64,000 nt of DNA from Magallana gigas (Eukaryota). Every line of letters begins with the position of its first letter. Position 1 is the stretch's first letter. This document shows, one piece after another, positions 1 through 12,777 of this stretch. Under the pieces are notes generated by a model that saw nothing but the letters and a program-made list of their open reading frames with translations, was not told the DNA's origin and did no database searches. Made by a program: the position numbers and the translations under genes. The DNA lies in NCBI RefSeq assembly GCF_963853765.1, contig NC_088860.1, positions 50,468,001 to 50,532,000 of the forward strand. Reading direction: 5' to 3'.

Positions 1-51
1 CAGCGGGTCCGCCTCGATGTCGCTCTCTGATTGGTTACTTCCGTTCGCCAT
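1..51 (-). CDS. Possible start of a gene running off the left edge (MANGSNQSESDIEADPL...)
   Basis: ATG at 51-49 in an accATGG context, open to the window edge, with two N-glycosylation sequons (NGS, NQS). Only 17 codons are visible. Confidence 0.3.
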   Translation of the reverse strand, partial: MANGSNQSESDIEADPL

Positions 52-2075
52 GGTTATGTCTGTTATGTTTTTGTACATTGTAGCATTGAGGTATATCTCC
101 ATTTCTAAAAAAATGAAATGAAGGAAATCAACTAATATAGATTAACTCAATCATCTTATTGCTACTTGATTTTAGCTCCTTGTTTAAAACTATGCATTCA
201 TGCGATATTGTTCTTATATGAAAAAAAAAAACTTGTGAAAAGAGATGAAGCGTAAATGAAACTGCATCTAGCTCCAATTCATGTCAACACAGAATATAGA
301 TATTGTTACGAAAGAGTTGTAAATCTAAACATGGTGTGCTCAATTATCATAACATAACATTTCAGCATTAAGAAAATATTAAACTACATTGTAGCTGTAT
401 GGTGCTTGCAATAAATCTATTGATTGGTGACCAAATTTGCAATCTAAGTTCCATCATTGATAGCCAATACATATCAGCTATAACATAACGACAGTGTTGC
501 AATTCGATTTAGTTTAAGAAACAAAGAACTGGTAAACGCAAGTTCCGGAATGATACATGTGACACTGGTGCTCTTAATCTTGTCAAAAAAACAGCTCCAT
601 GTTTTATTCATGATCAAAAACCTCGCCGGCGATGGCTGTAAAATTCATTATATAATGATGAATGAACGTTTGAGGATGAATCAGAGACATTGCCTCTGTG
701 ATGGCCAGCTTCACTTCTATCTGCGTAAACAGTTGGAGCGAAGATCCTGCCCCGGCCAAAAGTTTCTACTGACAGCTGTGACTGATTGAGTGCAACACGT
801 TGGGGAAAATCATTTCTATACAATATCCAGCATTTTAATTACTACTACATTTACCAGTCCCCCTCCCAAGCCCCCCCCCCCCAAAAAAAAAAAAAAAAAT
901 TCAAAAACAAACAAACCAAAACAAAACAATACCTACACTTAAACATAGAAACAAAAAAAAAGAAGAAAATAATAAAACTTATAGCAACAAAATCACAGTA
1001 ACAGCAAAAAATTGATACCAAAAAAAAAATTAATCCAAAATAAAAAAAAAACCAAAAGATAAAAATCCCCACAGAGCAAATTACATGTATGTCAAAAGGT
1101 GTTAACATTTTGTGTACCTTAATACATTTTGTTAATATTAATTTTGCATTATAAGTTTTATATCAGAAAAAATGTGACAATACCGCTAAATAAATGTTTT
1201 TCACACATATAAATGACTATTCCAAATTTTTATCAATAAATGTTTCCCTCTTCGTAGAAATTCTTAATGAACTTTTATGCATTCTCTCATGTCCTACATA
1301 GAGACTCGTGTACAGTACATTCGGTTCACTACTGTACGCACTGCATAATGCATGATCAACATTAGCCAGTGGTCAGATTATTGATGCCGTTCATTAAAAC
1401 CTTTCATAATTAATAACCTGTATTATACAAGTAGCATAGAATCCGTATGCCCGGCAATGACACTCTACTGAACAGAGATATGAGCGGCATTAACTAGTAA
1501 AAGCTCTCCATTTTTGTCATTTAGTAAAAGTATTCACAAATATATCCTGATTACACAAAAAACTGTTACACACAGCGGCCTGGCCTACCTTTCTCTGTGG
1601 CGTCCAGTTCCACGCTCGGCTCCAATGGAACAGCGCCAGTCAGGACGAGGTGCCCGGTAACAGAGGAGCATCGATTACCTCGTTATAACGAATTATCTGC
1701 CTATCACGGAAACATGTGTGGAGATACCGCGACAAAAGCACTTGTCTACGAAGTGAGTGATCGCCTGATCCTAATGGCACTGATTGTATATTAGTGCATT
1801 TTAATCAATGCTTTCATGGAATCTTGTCTTTTATCTTGTCTGTTGGTCTGAGTGGGGCACTGCGCGGTCAAGTTGTAACGAACTATCTCTTACTTGTATA
1901 TAGGCAGTGAATTGATTTTTAAACGAAAGCGATCCATATACGGAACAGTGGGACATTAAGAATGGATAATATACCATCAACTGAACGACCTGCAATTATA
2001 GGTGAAAATATTAATAAAAACCGTGAATTAATGAATTTTTATTCATAAATGCAACTAAATTAAAAATATCAATGA

Positions 2076-2204
2076 GTCATGTTGTAAATTTTGAATTTAC
2101 CGGGTGGCAGTAAATACAAAATTTACAAGATGACAGTTGACAGTTGTCATGTTGTAAATTTTGTATTTACTGCCAACCGGTAAATTCAAAATTTACAACA
2201 TGAC
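2076..2204. repeat. Inverted repeat with ~60-bp arms, each arm itself palindromic
   Basis: 2076-2135 matches the reverse complement of 2145-2204 with 2 mismatches; 9-bp spacer. Confidence 0.9.
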
Positions 2205-2733
2205 AAATGCATGCAATTATTATAAATAAGTTTATTTAATAACGTTGTATAAATATATAAAATTAAATTTATAAATTTTCTATCACATTAAAGAGTTCTC
2301 TGACTCAATTCTTATTGAACAATCTGACATTTTGAAGATTTCCACTAGTGTATATACTTTATTGTCGGTGGATGATATCTTTTTGGACTATATCATTCCA
2401 CCCCCTTTTCTACTCCTAAGATAATTACATTCCATGTTTATTTAACCTTGTAATTTAAAACATTCATACTACCATATAGATGTATAATATAAAGGATATC
2501 TAGGATGGTTGCTAAAGACGAAGTACTGTTATTGAGAGTGGTAATGTTAACTAGTCGGTCGTCGATAAAGAAATCGAAACCAATTTTTGTTTGTTTAGTA
2601 CTTCCGGTCAGTAATACACACTGTGAACCCTAAGATAACTCTGGCCATTGTTTGAGCATTGATAGCATAGGTCCTGAGATAAACAAAGCATTGTAACAGA
2701 GATGGACAAAGCATTGTAACAGAGATGGACAAA

Positions 2734-2827
2734 ATGAAGATAGCTAATGGATTTATTGTCATCGCCCTATTTCGTTTAACGGAAGGTATGTTGGAATGAT
2801 GATGTAATAAAAGTTATATTTGATAAA

Positions 2828-2868
<41 letters not shown>

Positions 2869-5800
2869 TATTTTTATCCATTTTCTGTGGTTACATTCTT
2901 AAAATTCTTTATCATATGTCTACATAACCACGATTCATCACCACATCATTGATTAATTTTGTTTGAGTAATCAATAATCAAAATTCTTCTTAATCAAAAA
3001 TTCTCAACCGAAGCGTCATAAAAACTATATCACAGGTAACTTTGAAATTTCTTTCAGCTGCATTATATTGTCAACGGGAAAGTGACATAGTTTTAGTAGA
3101 TGATCAGTTCAACAAAACCTATTTCTTGGTTAATGTTCACATGAGCTGGATGGAAGCTGAGCGCCTCTGTTGGGCGAATTACAGCGGGACCTTATTATCC
3201 ATCGACAGTGAGGAGGAACATAGTTTTGTGTCCAATGTTCTCTCTCGGGAACCGTTTGTTTCATCTATCAATAATCAGTCTGTTTGGACTGGTTTATTTC
3301 AGTTTAACGACCAGTGGAGATGGCCAGAATGTAAGAAACGTCCTGTAAATATATGCTCTTGTTTAAGAATTTTATTTCCAAGTGCTACAGTCTTTTAGTT
3401 ATTTTGGAAACAGGCTACATAACATTGTACATGTAATTGTAGTATATTATAAATTTATAATAGTAACATGTTGATTAATTTTATACAGTATTTATTTAAA
3501 GATCGGAAATTCATCGGAAGAATTGCTTCGTTCGTAATACCCGGCTTTTTAAATAAGACAATTGGACTAAAGCAGCGAGTTGTCTTGAGAGACGGGACAT
3601 GGACCGTAACTGATTTAGACAATATATTTCCTTTTATATGTGAATCGGGTAAGTCCAAAGCATACCTGTTTAATGGTTTTTAACTCTAAACGACATCCTT
3701 TTCATCACTATTTCAATAATTACAGACTACACATAACGCAATCGCATTATATTTATTTGAAGTTATGTATTATTTATCCAGCAGATTAAAATAAAATCAG
3801 TAATGCAAATCGCATTTTTAAAGTTTGTTTAAAGTTTGAGAGGTGTAACTTTATATTGTTCTTTTGTTTTACAGCAGCTCATCCATCGCATTGTGCTTAT
3901 GGATCCAACTGGAAAACGTTTAATTTAACTTTTGATACTAGCTCTCAAACAAATTTATCAAACAATACTTCTGTAACAGGGGCTCAATCAACAACTCAAC
4001 CAAGGAACGTTTCTTTTAATACAACACAACCGACAAGAGCTACCGTTACAATTCATACTGAAACAAGTCTGTCAACAAGCCAGTCTCTTACAACCAGTCA
4101 ATCAACGATTCCATCGAAAAACGTTTCTGTTACAACCGATCAACCAACAAGTATATTAACCAGAGCTTCGTTTACAACTACTCAGCTAATAAATCCAATG
4201 ATTACACCATTTCTTACAAAAAAGCAACCAACAACTGATACTTCCAGTCAACACATACATGTGACTCAACCGAATAAAGATTCCGATAATTTAACAAATT
4301 CCAGTCAACACATAACTACATTGACTACAGATTCTGCAACCACTAGTCAACAAAAAACTTCTTTGACTACAAATTCTGCGATCACTAGTCAACAAAATAT
4401 TCCACTGACTACATATTCTGCTACCACTAGTCAACAAAAAACTCTATTGACTACAAATTCTGCTACCACTAGTCAACAAAAAACTACATTGACTACAGAT
4501 TCTGTTCCAACTAGTCAACAAAAAACTACACTAACTTCAGATTCTGCTACGACTAGCCAACAAAATACGTCATTGACTACAGAATATGCTACCATTAGTC
4601 AACACAAAACTTCTTTGACTACAAATTCTGCTATCGTTAGTCAACAAAATATTCCATTGACTACAGATTCTGCTACCACTAATCAACAAAATAGGTCATT
4701 GACTACAGATTCTGCTACCACTAGTCAGGAAATAACTCCATTGACTAGAGATTTTGCTACCACTTGTCAACAAAATACGTCACTGACTACAGGTTCCTCT
4801 TCAAATAATCAACAAAATACGTCATTTACTACAGATTCTGTTACCACTAGTCAACAAAAAACGTCATTGACTACAGATTCTGCTACCATTGGTCAACAAA
4901 ATATTCCATTGACTACAGATTCTGCTACCACTAGTCAACAAAATATTCCATTGACTACAGATTCTGCTACCGCTAGTCAACAAAAAACTACATTGACTAT
5001 AGGTTCTGCTACCACTAGTCAACCAAATACGTCATTGACTACAGGTTCTTTTACCTTTGGTCAACAAAATACGTCAATAAATACAGACTCTGCTATCACT
5101 GGTCAACAAAATACGTCATTGACTACAAATTCTGCCACCACTAGTCAGCAAATAACTCCATTGACTACAGATTCTGCTACCACTAGTCAACAAAAAACGT
5201 CATTGACTACAGATTCTGCTACCATTGGTCAACAAAAAACTACATTGACTACAGATTTTTTTACGTCTAGTCAACAAAAAACTACACTAACTACAGATTC
5301 TGTTACCACTAGTCAACAAAATACGTCATTGACTACAGATTCTGTTACCACTAGTCAACAAAAAACTACACTAACTACTGATTCTGCAACGACTAGCCAA
5401 CAAAAAACGTCATTGACTACACATTTTGCTACCACTAGTCAACAAAACACTTCTTTGACTACAAATTCTGCTATCGCTAGTCAACAAAATATTCCATTGA
5501 CTACAAATTCTGCTACCACTAGTCAACAAAAAACTACACTAACTACAGATTCTGCTACGACTAGCAAACAAAATACGTCATTGACTACACATTCTGCTAC
5601 CACTAGTCAACAAAAAACCCTTTTGACTACAAATTCTGCTACCACTAATCAACAAAATACGTCATTGACTACACATTCTGCTACCACTAGTCAACAAAAT
5701 ATTCCATTGACTACAGATTCTGCTACCGCTAGTCAACAAAAAACTACATTGACTATAGGTTCTGCTACCACTAGTCAACCAAATACGTCATTGACTACAG

Positions 5801-8291
5801 GTTCTTTTACCTTTGGTCAACAAAATACGTCAATAAATACAGACTCTGCTATCACTGGTCAACAAAATACGTCATTGACTACAAATTCTGCCACCACTAG
5901 TCAGCAAATAACTCCATTGACTACAGATTCTGCTACCACTAGTCAACAAAAAACGTCATTGACTACAGATTCTGCTACCATTGGTCAACAAAAAACTACA
6001 TTGACTACAGATTTTTTTACGTCTAGTCAACAAAAAACTACACTAACTACAGATTCTGTTACCACTAGTCAACAAAATACGTCATTGACTACAGATTCTG
6101 TTACCACTAGTCAACAAAAAACTACACTAACTACTGATTCTGCTACGACTAGCCAACAAAAAACGTCATTGACTACACATTTTGCTACCACTAGTCAACA
6201 AAACACTTCTTTGACTACAAATTCTGCTATCGCTAGTCAACAAAATATTCCATTGACTACAAATTCTGCTACCACTAGTCAACAAAAAACTACACTAACT
6301 ACAGATTCTGCTACGACTAGCAAACAAAATACGTCATTGACTACACATTCTGCTACCACTAGTCAACAAAAAACCCTTTTGACTACAAATTCTGCTACCA
6401 CTAATCAACAAAATACGTCATTGACTACACATTCTGCTACCACTAGTCAACAAAAAACTCCATTGACTACAAATTCTGCTACCACTCGTCAACAAAATAT
6501 TCCATTGACTACAAATTCTGCTATCGCTAGTCAACAAAACACGTCATTCATTACAGATTCTGCTACCAATAGTCAACAAAAAACTCAAATGAAAACGGAT
6601 TACGTAACAAGTAGTCAACCAAATATTCCATTCTCTACAGATTTAGCTACTTCTAGTCAACAAATCACAACTCCACTAACTACAGATTTAGCTACTTCTA
6701 GTCAACAAATCACAACTCCACTAACTACAGATTTAGCTACTTCTAGTCAACAAATCACAACTCCACTAACTACAGATTTAGCTACTTCTAGTCAACAAAT
6801 CACAACTCCACTAACTACAGATTTAGCTACTTCTAGTCAACAAATCACAACTCCACTAACTACAGATTTTGCTACTTCTGGTCAACAAAAAAATCCATTG
6901 ACTTCATATTCGGATACTTCTAGTCACCAAAGACATTCAGCAACTACATATTTTTTCACAACTAATCAACTAACATCTTCATCAACTTCATCTTATGCCA
7001 CAAACAATCAACCAACACATTTTTCGACTAGTTATATTACTAGTCAAAAGACTGTTCGTTTGAACACTGCGTTCAATATTTCTAATACAATACATGAACA
7101 ACTGAAAAATGTTTCTATCCAGAATGTATCACAGCCAACTCAAAATAGCCTATTTATGAAATTTACAGAATGTAAGTATGGGTTTTTTATGTGATACGTC
7201 TCACGTTCTGTTACTTTGGGACTAATGACTTTTTTAGTGTAACATTAATTATCAAGATATAAAGAATTTTATTTTTAGATTGAAAGCAAGATCATGAATT
7301 ATTTGATACTGGACATTTATGAATATCTTATAAATTGAATTACATATATAATATAATCTCTTAAAATACATGTAGCTACAATGTTTCTCTTCATTTTTGT
7401 ATCACCAGTTATCAATCATTTTATTTTGATCGCAGAAAGGATTATTTGGAAATTTGTAATGGTTATTAATTTCCTTGAATTTAATGTGTTTGGTTTTAGT
7501 TTTGAAAGGTATATCAACAAGACCTTGGCCACGATGTGAAAATTAACGGTTCAGGCTTTGATTTTTTAAATTATTAAGTAGATCTTAAAAATTTTTCATC
7601 GCATTATAATATATGATAATATCGCTAATACCTATAATTTACATCTCTTGTTGGACATTGTTGTATACATGAACAATTTTTAAAACAACGTGTACATGGA
7701 CTTTTCATTTTCTTTTCAGATGCAGCCACAGCGTCAGGTTGTATGCTACTAGCTGTTGTCATATTAATAGTGTTAGCGATCCGTTGGAAAAACAGGTGTT
7801 TTATTTATGTTTGCTTATATTAATACAATACATGCGTATGTCGCTGTTTACAATATCTATAATAATTGATTCTTTCTCACAAAGTAAAATTATTCTAGCC
7901 ATTGTTATCTCTTAGATAGACTAATGTTAAGAAGTATAACTCAACAAAAAATATTTCAGAAAAAAATATGTTGCCACAATAAATCATGTGTAAAACAAAT
8001 TATAACCAAATTTCTTTTCTTTTAAGAAAACTCCGTCGGAAATCAATCAAGTGGAACCATCCACACAGTACCCTGCGTATTCCTAGAGCTCAGTTAAGCA
8101 AGCAAAACGAATACGTGTCAATGGGGACTATTGAAAGACCACAGCATTTGGCCGGTGTAAGCAATGTTTTAATGATTAATGTGCATGACCCTAATGGTGA
8201 CAGTGAATTCCATATAAATTTCCATCAAAGTTCACAAGACAATACTGGCTCTAATGTTGAACCTGAAGTGGATTATGATTATATAGTTTAG
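2734..8291 (+). CDS. Type I transmembrane C-type-lectin-domain / mucin-stalk receptor, ~1369 aa, 6 exons
   Basis: Exons 2734-2785, 3058-3330, 3502-3648, 3875-7171, 7720-7795 and 8027-8291 all have GT-AG ends and matching phases (1,1,1,1,2); sum 4110 nt. Signal-like MKIANGFIVIALFRLTE; CTLD motifs SWMEAERLC, LLSIDSEEEH, VWTGL, FICE; Thr/Ser/Gln repeats; TM CMLLAVVILIVLAI followed by RWKNRKLRRK. Confidence 0.85.
2832..2863. repeat. (GA)n microsatellite in intron 1 of the lectin-mucin gene
   Basis: Direct reading. Confidence 0.95.
4310..6580 (+). repeat. Coding minisatellite, 42-bp (14-aa) unit, roughly 50-55 copies, consensus like TSQQKTSLTTDSAT
   Basis: Unit such as actagtcaacaaaaaacttctttgactacaaattctgcgatc recurs in frame. 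Boundaries and copy number are approximate. Confidence 0.9.
6635..6870 (+). repeat. Coding minisatellite, 45-bp (15-aa) unit TTDLATSSQQITTPL, ~5 near-perfect copies
   Basis: ctacagatttagctacttctagtcaacaaatcacaactccactaa repeated. Confidence 0.9.
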
Positions 8292-9789
8292 AATATGATT
8301 ACTGATTAGTTAACTACTGATATATGCACTTATTGAATGTTTGAAATGAAATATTTTTGAAATCACTATGATTTTTTTTTTCAAAGGTAAACATGTTTTC
8401 ATATCTGAAATGTATTAGTTGACCTGCATTTTATAACAAGGCAAGGACGGAAATTGTCGTTTTGGATAGCTTTAATACATTCTTTGACTGTTATTTTTAT
8501 AAGGTATTAAAATGGTTCATTATTTCTAGCATCCGTCTTTTGATATTTGTAGTTTTATTATCAGAAAATATATTACATGTAACATTCTGTATCCTCTAGA
8601 TATAAAGTATATGGTGTCTTATCTATACTTGAAATTCAAATGAGCCCCGCTTTTAAGGACGTCATGTATGAAAAAAAAACCCGGAATATATGGTATTAAC
8701 TGTATTCTATTATGCACAAAATTAATGATGCATTTTTGTGTTTGTTTTATTATTCTAATCTGCGTTAACAATCATATATACTTCATCATTTTACAGAAGC
8801 CACATTCCGCCAAGAAACGCTAAATAGAACACGCAACAAAATGTAATTCGTGTACAGTAAATACAATTTCAAATGTATAATTAAATTCTTTTGATACAAT
8901 ACCATACAATATAATAAGATGCCGTTATATTAATTAAATTAAAGGTTAGTTTTGTATGTATGTAAAATTATCATATCTACAAATTGTTTTAAAACTTATA
9001 CAAAGCAGAGTATGAAAAGACAATTAACCCTTTAGTAATTGAATCCAATACGACACCTGCATGTACGTGGTACGGGAAACATACTATTTTGTTACCTGGA
9101 TTTGACACGTAGGTGTGCTTAACTCACCTGTGAATACTGCTGGGAACAAGGTATCTTGTCGAGAACGTTTTTGTTCCCTTCTGAACGATCACATCAGGTA
9201 TCAATGACTTCATGTTTCATGTTGTCACTCTGAAGGGATTTAATATCGCAAAAATAATGGTTTACAAAGTACATTTCTGTACGTTTTCGATTTTTGAGGG
9301 ATAATTTCTATTTACAACATAAATGATAAATTTATGGCAAAACATACTTATATTCTTATATACTGAAAAACTTGTCATACGAGTTTTTAAAGTTCTTGAA
9401 GCAGTTTAACCGCACATTGCATCATATGTACTATATAATCCTTGATGCTTTTGAAAATTAAACCAATAGAGGTACATTCACATGTTTCTCTTGATAAGAA
9501 TGCACATTGTAATATCAAGTAATCTTAGACAAAATAGAAATGTGTTTTATCTGTACCAATCAAGTTTGAAAAAAAAAACCCAAAGTGTTTCCCGTTTTAA
9601 CATCTTCTAGTACTGCAATGTCGAATTTATTTTGACGAGAGTGATGTAGGCTTAGGTAGTTTATATGTTGCCCTCTAAAATACCTTTAGTAGTGCTTCAA
9701 TTTATTTATGTTCCCTCATTTATATTTTGCGGTAAAGAAAGCATCCAATCTGTGATTATTTATAAAGAAACCAGATAGAGGGTTTTACT

Positions 9790-11177
9790 TCTCTCCAAAT
9801 ACAAGATGACTTATTTGCTATGTTGAAACTATGTCTACTTTTCTATGCTGAGGACACTGTCATTGATTGATATCTGAATCTGCGTCTGATTTACAAATAT
9901 CATTAGATATGTTTGCAAATTACTGTGATGGAAACTTAATGTCAATATAGCCAAAACAAAGATCTTCATTTTTTTTTTTACAAAATGTGCAATGTCAAAG
10001 CGTAAATTTTTGTATAAAGGAGTAACTATTGAAAACGTAAAATCATTTTGCTATTTGGGTATTGTTTTATCAGAAAGTGGAAAATTTAATAATGCCAAAA
10101 AGCATTTAGTAGAACAAGCGTCAAAGGCATTATATGGTGTTTTAAGAAAAATACGTTATTTTAACCTACCAATTAATTGCTATTTAGACCTATCTGACGA
10201 GGTCATTGACCCAATTTTACTTAACTCGTGCCAAGTGTGGGGTTACGAAAACTTATATATTATCGAAAAGGTGCATTCAAAATTTTTGAAATTTATTCTT
10301 AATCTTAAATCTAGGAGAAACTGAAAGGTATCCCTTGTCACTCTTCGTTAAAATTAAAATGATAATGTACTGGGCAAAGTTTTGACAGCCCACGATTGAA
10401 ACTTACTAATGTAATATATTGTTAGTTTTATAGATGTTACAAATATGGATCTTTTATACATCCATGGATAAAATGTGTATATGATATACTCAACTCGTGC
10501 AGGTTGTCATATATAGGAAATCAAACAATTTGTAGTTATAACTGTTTTAATAAAAAGAGTTAAAAGGTTAAATAGTTAAAGAAATATTACAAAATCAATT
10601 TATACAATATTGGAGAAGTATAATAGATAACTCACCAAAATGTATTAATTATAGATTTTTTAAAACAAATTTCAATTTAGAAAAGTACTTGTTGATTTTA
10701 CCCTACAGAATTACGGATCACGTTTACAAAATTGCGAACATGTAATCATCGATTCCCCATAGAAACAGGTAGATGACATAATATTGAAAAAAAAAGAAAA
10801 AGAAAATATACAATGTGTGGCTCTAATAGTACTGGGGATGAATTTCATTATATTTTAAAATGTACACATTTTGTAAACGATAGAAAAATGATTTTGTCCA
10901 AGAGATATTATAAAAACCCAAATATAAAATTTACCGAGCTCATGAGTACTTTTAATGTAGAAAAACTAAAAACTTGTCAAGATTTATTAAGAAAATTTTC
11001 GAAGTCTGTTCTTCCAGAAACCAACCTTAACAACCCATTGTATGGTAAACTTAACCTTTTTTCATCATTATTACTCCTACTATACATGTTATCCTTGACT
11101 GTGTACAATTGTACATACTGATATGGAACCTTAAATACCAGTGAGCTGGTCTTGAGAGAATAAAGAATTGAATTGAA
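9790..11177 (+). mobile_element. 5'-truncated, decayed non-LTR retrotransposon (RT C-terminus plus CCHC region); clade not assigned
   Basis: LLFYAEDTV (YADD-like) at ~9844, FCYLGI, PILLNSCQVWG, C-terminal CNHRFPIETGR...C...DEFHYILKC; frameshifts; 3' AATAAA followed by gaattgaattgaa tail. Confidence 0.85.
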
Positions 11178-12777
11178 CGCTGCTAATCACTATACACAGG
11201 AAGCAAAATTATAGACAGAAAATAAATAATTAGTCAGAATTGGTCTTAGTTTGATTATATTATTGTTCTAATGACCATACGAAGCGATTTTATACGGAAA
11301 TGTTACGCGTTGTCCGAATTTTCTCTAAGCACACGTGTGTAAAGTACCATTTAAAATTCAGTAAATTAATTCTCTTTTAAAAATATAAGTCGGTACATTG
11401 TGTTTAGCCCTTGACATTGTTTAGGAAGGTAATTTTGATAAATATAATTGTAAAAGAAAACATTACGATCAGTAGAAATGTGGAATGTAAAGACAACCAT
11501 TATACGACAACTAATGGAATTCGTTTTCCATAAAGTAACGGTTTCGTGCAACAAGTTCCAGTTGAGTGTATTACCAGTAAATACAGCTTTAATAGCTCAT
11601 AAGATTGTTTTAAAACGAAAATGTTATGTGCTTTGGAGCTGCTCATGCATCTTCGTAGAATTTAATAGGTCACATGCATTCAACATGATTCAAATATAAA
11701 TTGCGTATTTTCAAATACTGAATAATTATTTTTCATCAACAATGTTAATACTGATAATGTTAAAAATTCAATTTTCATCCCCTCTTTCAATACTTGACGG
11801 AAGATATCAAAGATAATGTTGTTAATTGCTAGTAAACAGAAATCCGCGGACCTTGCCAGATAACGCTCGGACGATCACGTCGGTCAGACCGGGCGCTATT
11901 GTTTCAAGCTTGATTGACAAGCGGCATCATTTTGAAGTTTGTACAGGTAAAAAAGGAAGCGTTTGTAAAATGTTCGGCCTTTAACCTTTTAAATTTGAAG
12001 ATTTTCCCAGAAGCTCTTCGTTTATAGGGGATCGAAACAGTCTAAAAATGACCACGATAATCGAGCCCTCTTTCAAAATATGAAAGCATCAAAATAAAAA
12101 AAATATTAAGAAGGTTCTTAATCAATAATTTTTAGGAAACAACAACAATTGATTATTATCTATTAATTAACTATTTTATAACCAATAATATAGTGTATAT
12201 TTTTTATCATATCTTTTTTCTTACAAAAGTCTTCGTGTGGTACTATGCCAAAAAGAAAATAAACACGTTTAAAACACTTGCTACATATTGTAAGTCGGAT
12301 GGAATGATGACTGACGTTATATATAAATACTAATCTTGGACTTTTGATTTTGGAACACTGTTCGTTAATACTACATGTCATGGTAAAATAAATCAAGATC
12401 AAGGTTAATTTGGTTTACATATTTGTTTTATAGAGCCTTGTCACTAAGAAGCTTAGTACAATAAGACGCAAGTGAATAGACAGAAAGGCCGAGTAATAAA
12501 TACGATAACACATTTCATTGAATAAAGAAAAGTTATATTTCTGAATTTGTTTCCCAGTTTTGCTACATGAAACATTACTGTCTTTGAAAATTCCACTATG
12601 GCTTGAGAAAAATCCATACAACATTTTTGTAGTTATAAAAGGTATGAGAACTTTGCTCATATATTTTTCAATTTTGCAAAGATTAAAAATCGCTCTATAA
12701 TTCAAAACTCCTAAAACATATAAAATGCTAAAAAATGTGGGTACTAATTTTGTACAGTAAGCATACGAAACTAAATG

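Noticed and set aside
786-1108. ORFs rich in K or F
   Set aside because: Products of poly-A/poly-C low-complexity sequence.
9045-9230. Minus-strand CAG|GTGAGT donor near 9127 with a short upstream frame
   Set aside because: No matching acceptor, family or coherent product.
11820-12080. CpG-rich promoter-like block with cag|gtaaaa
   Set aside because: No downstream exon or recognisable element could be linked.
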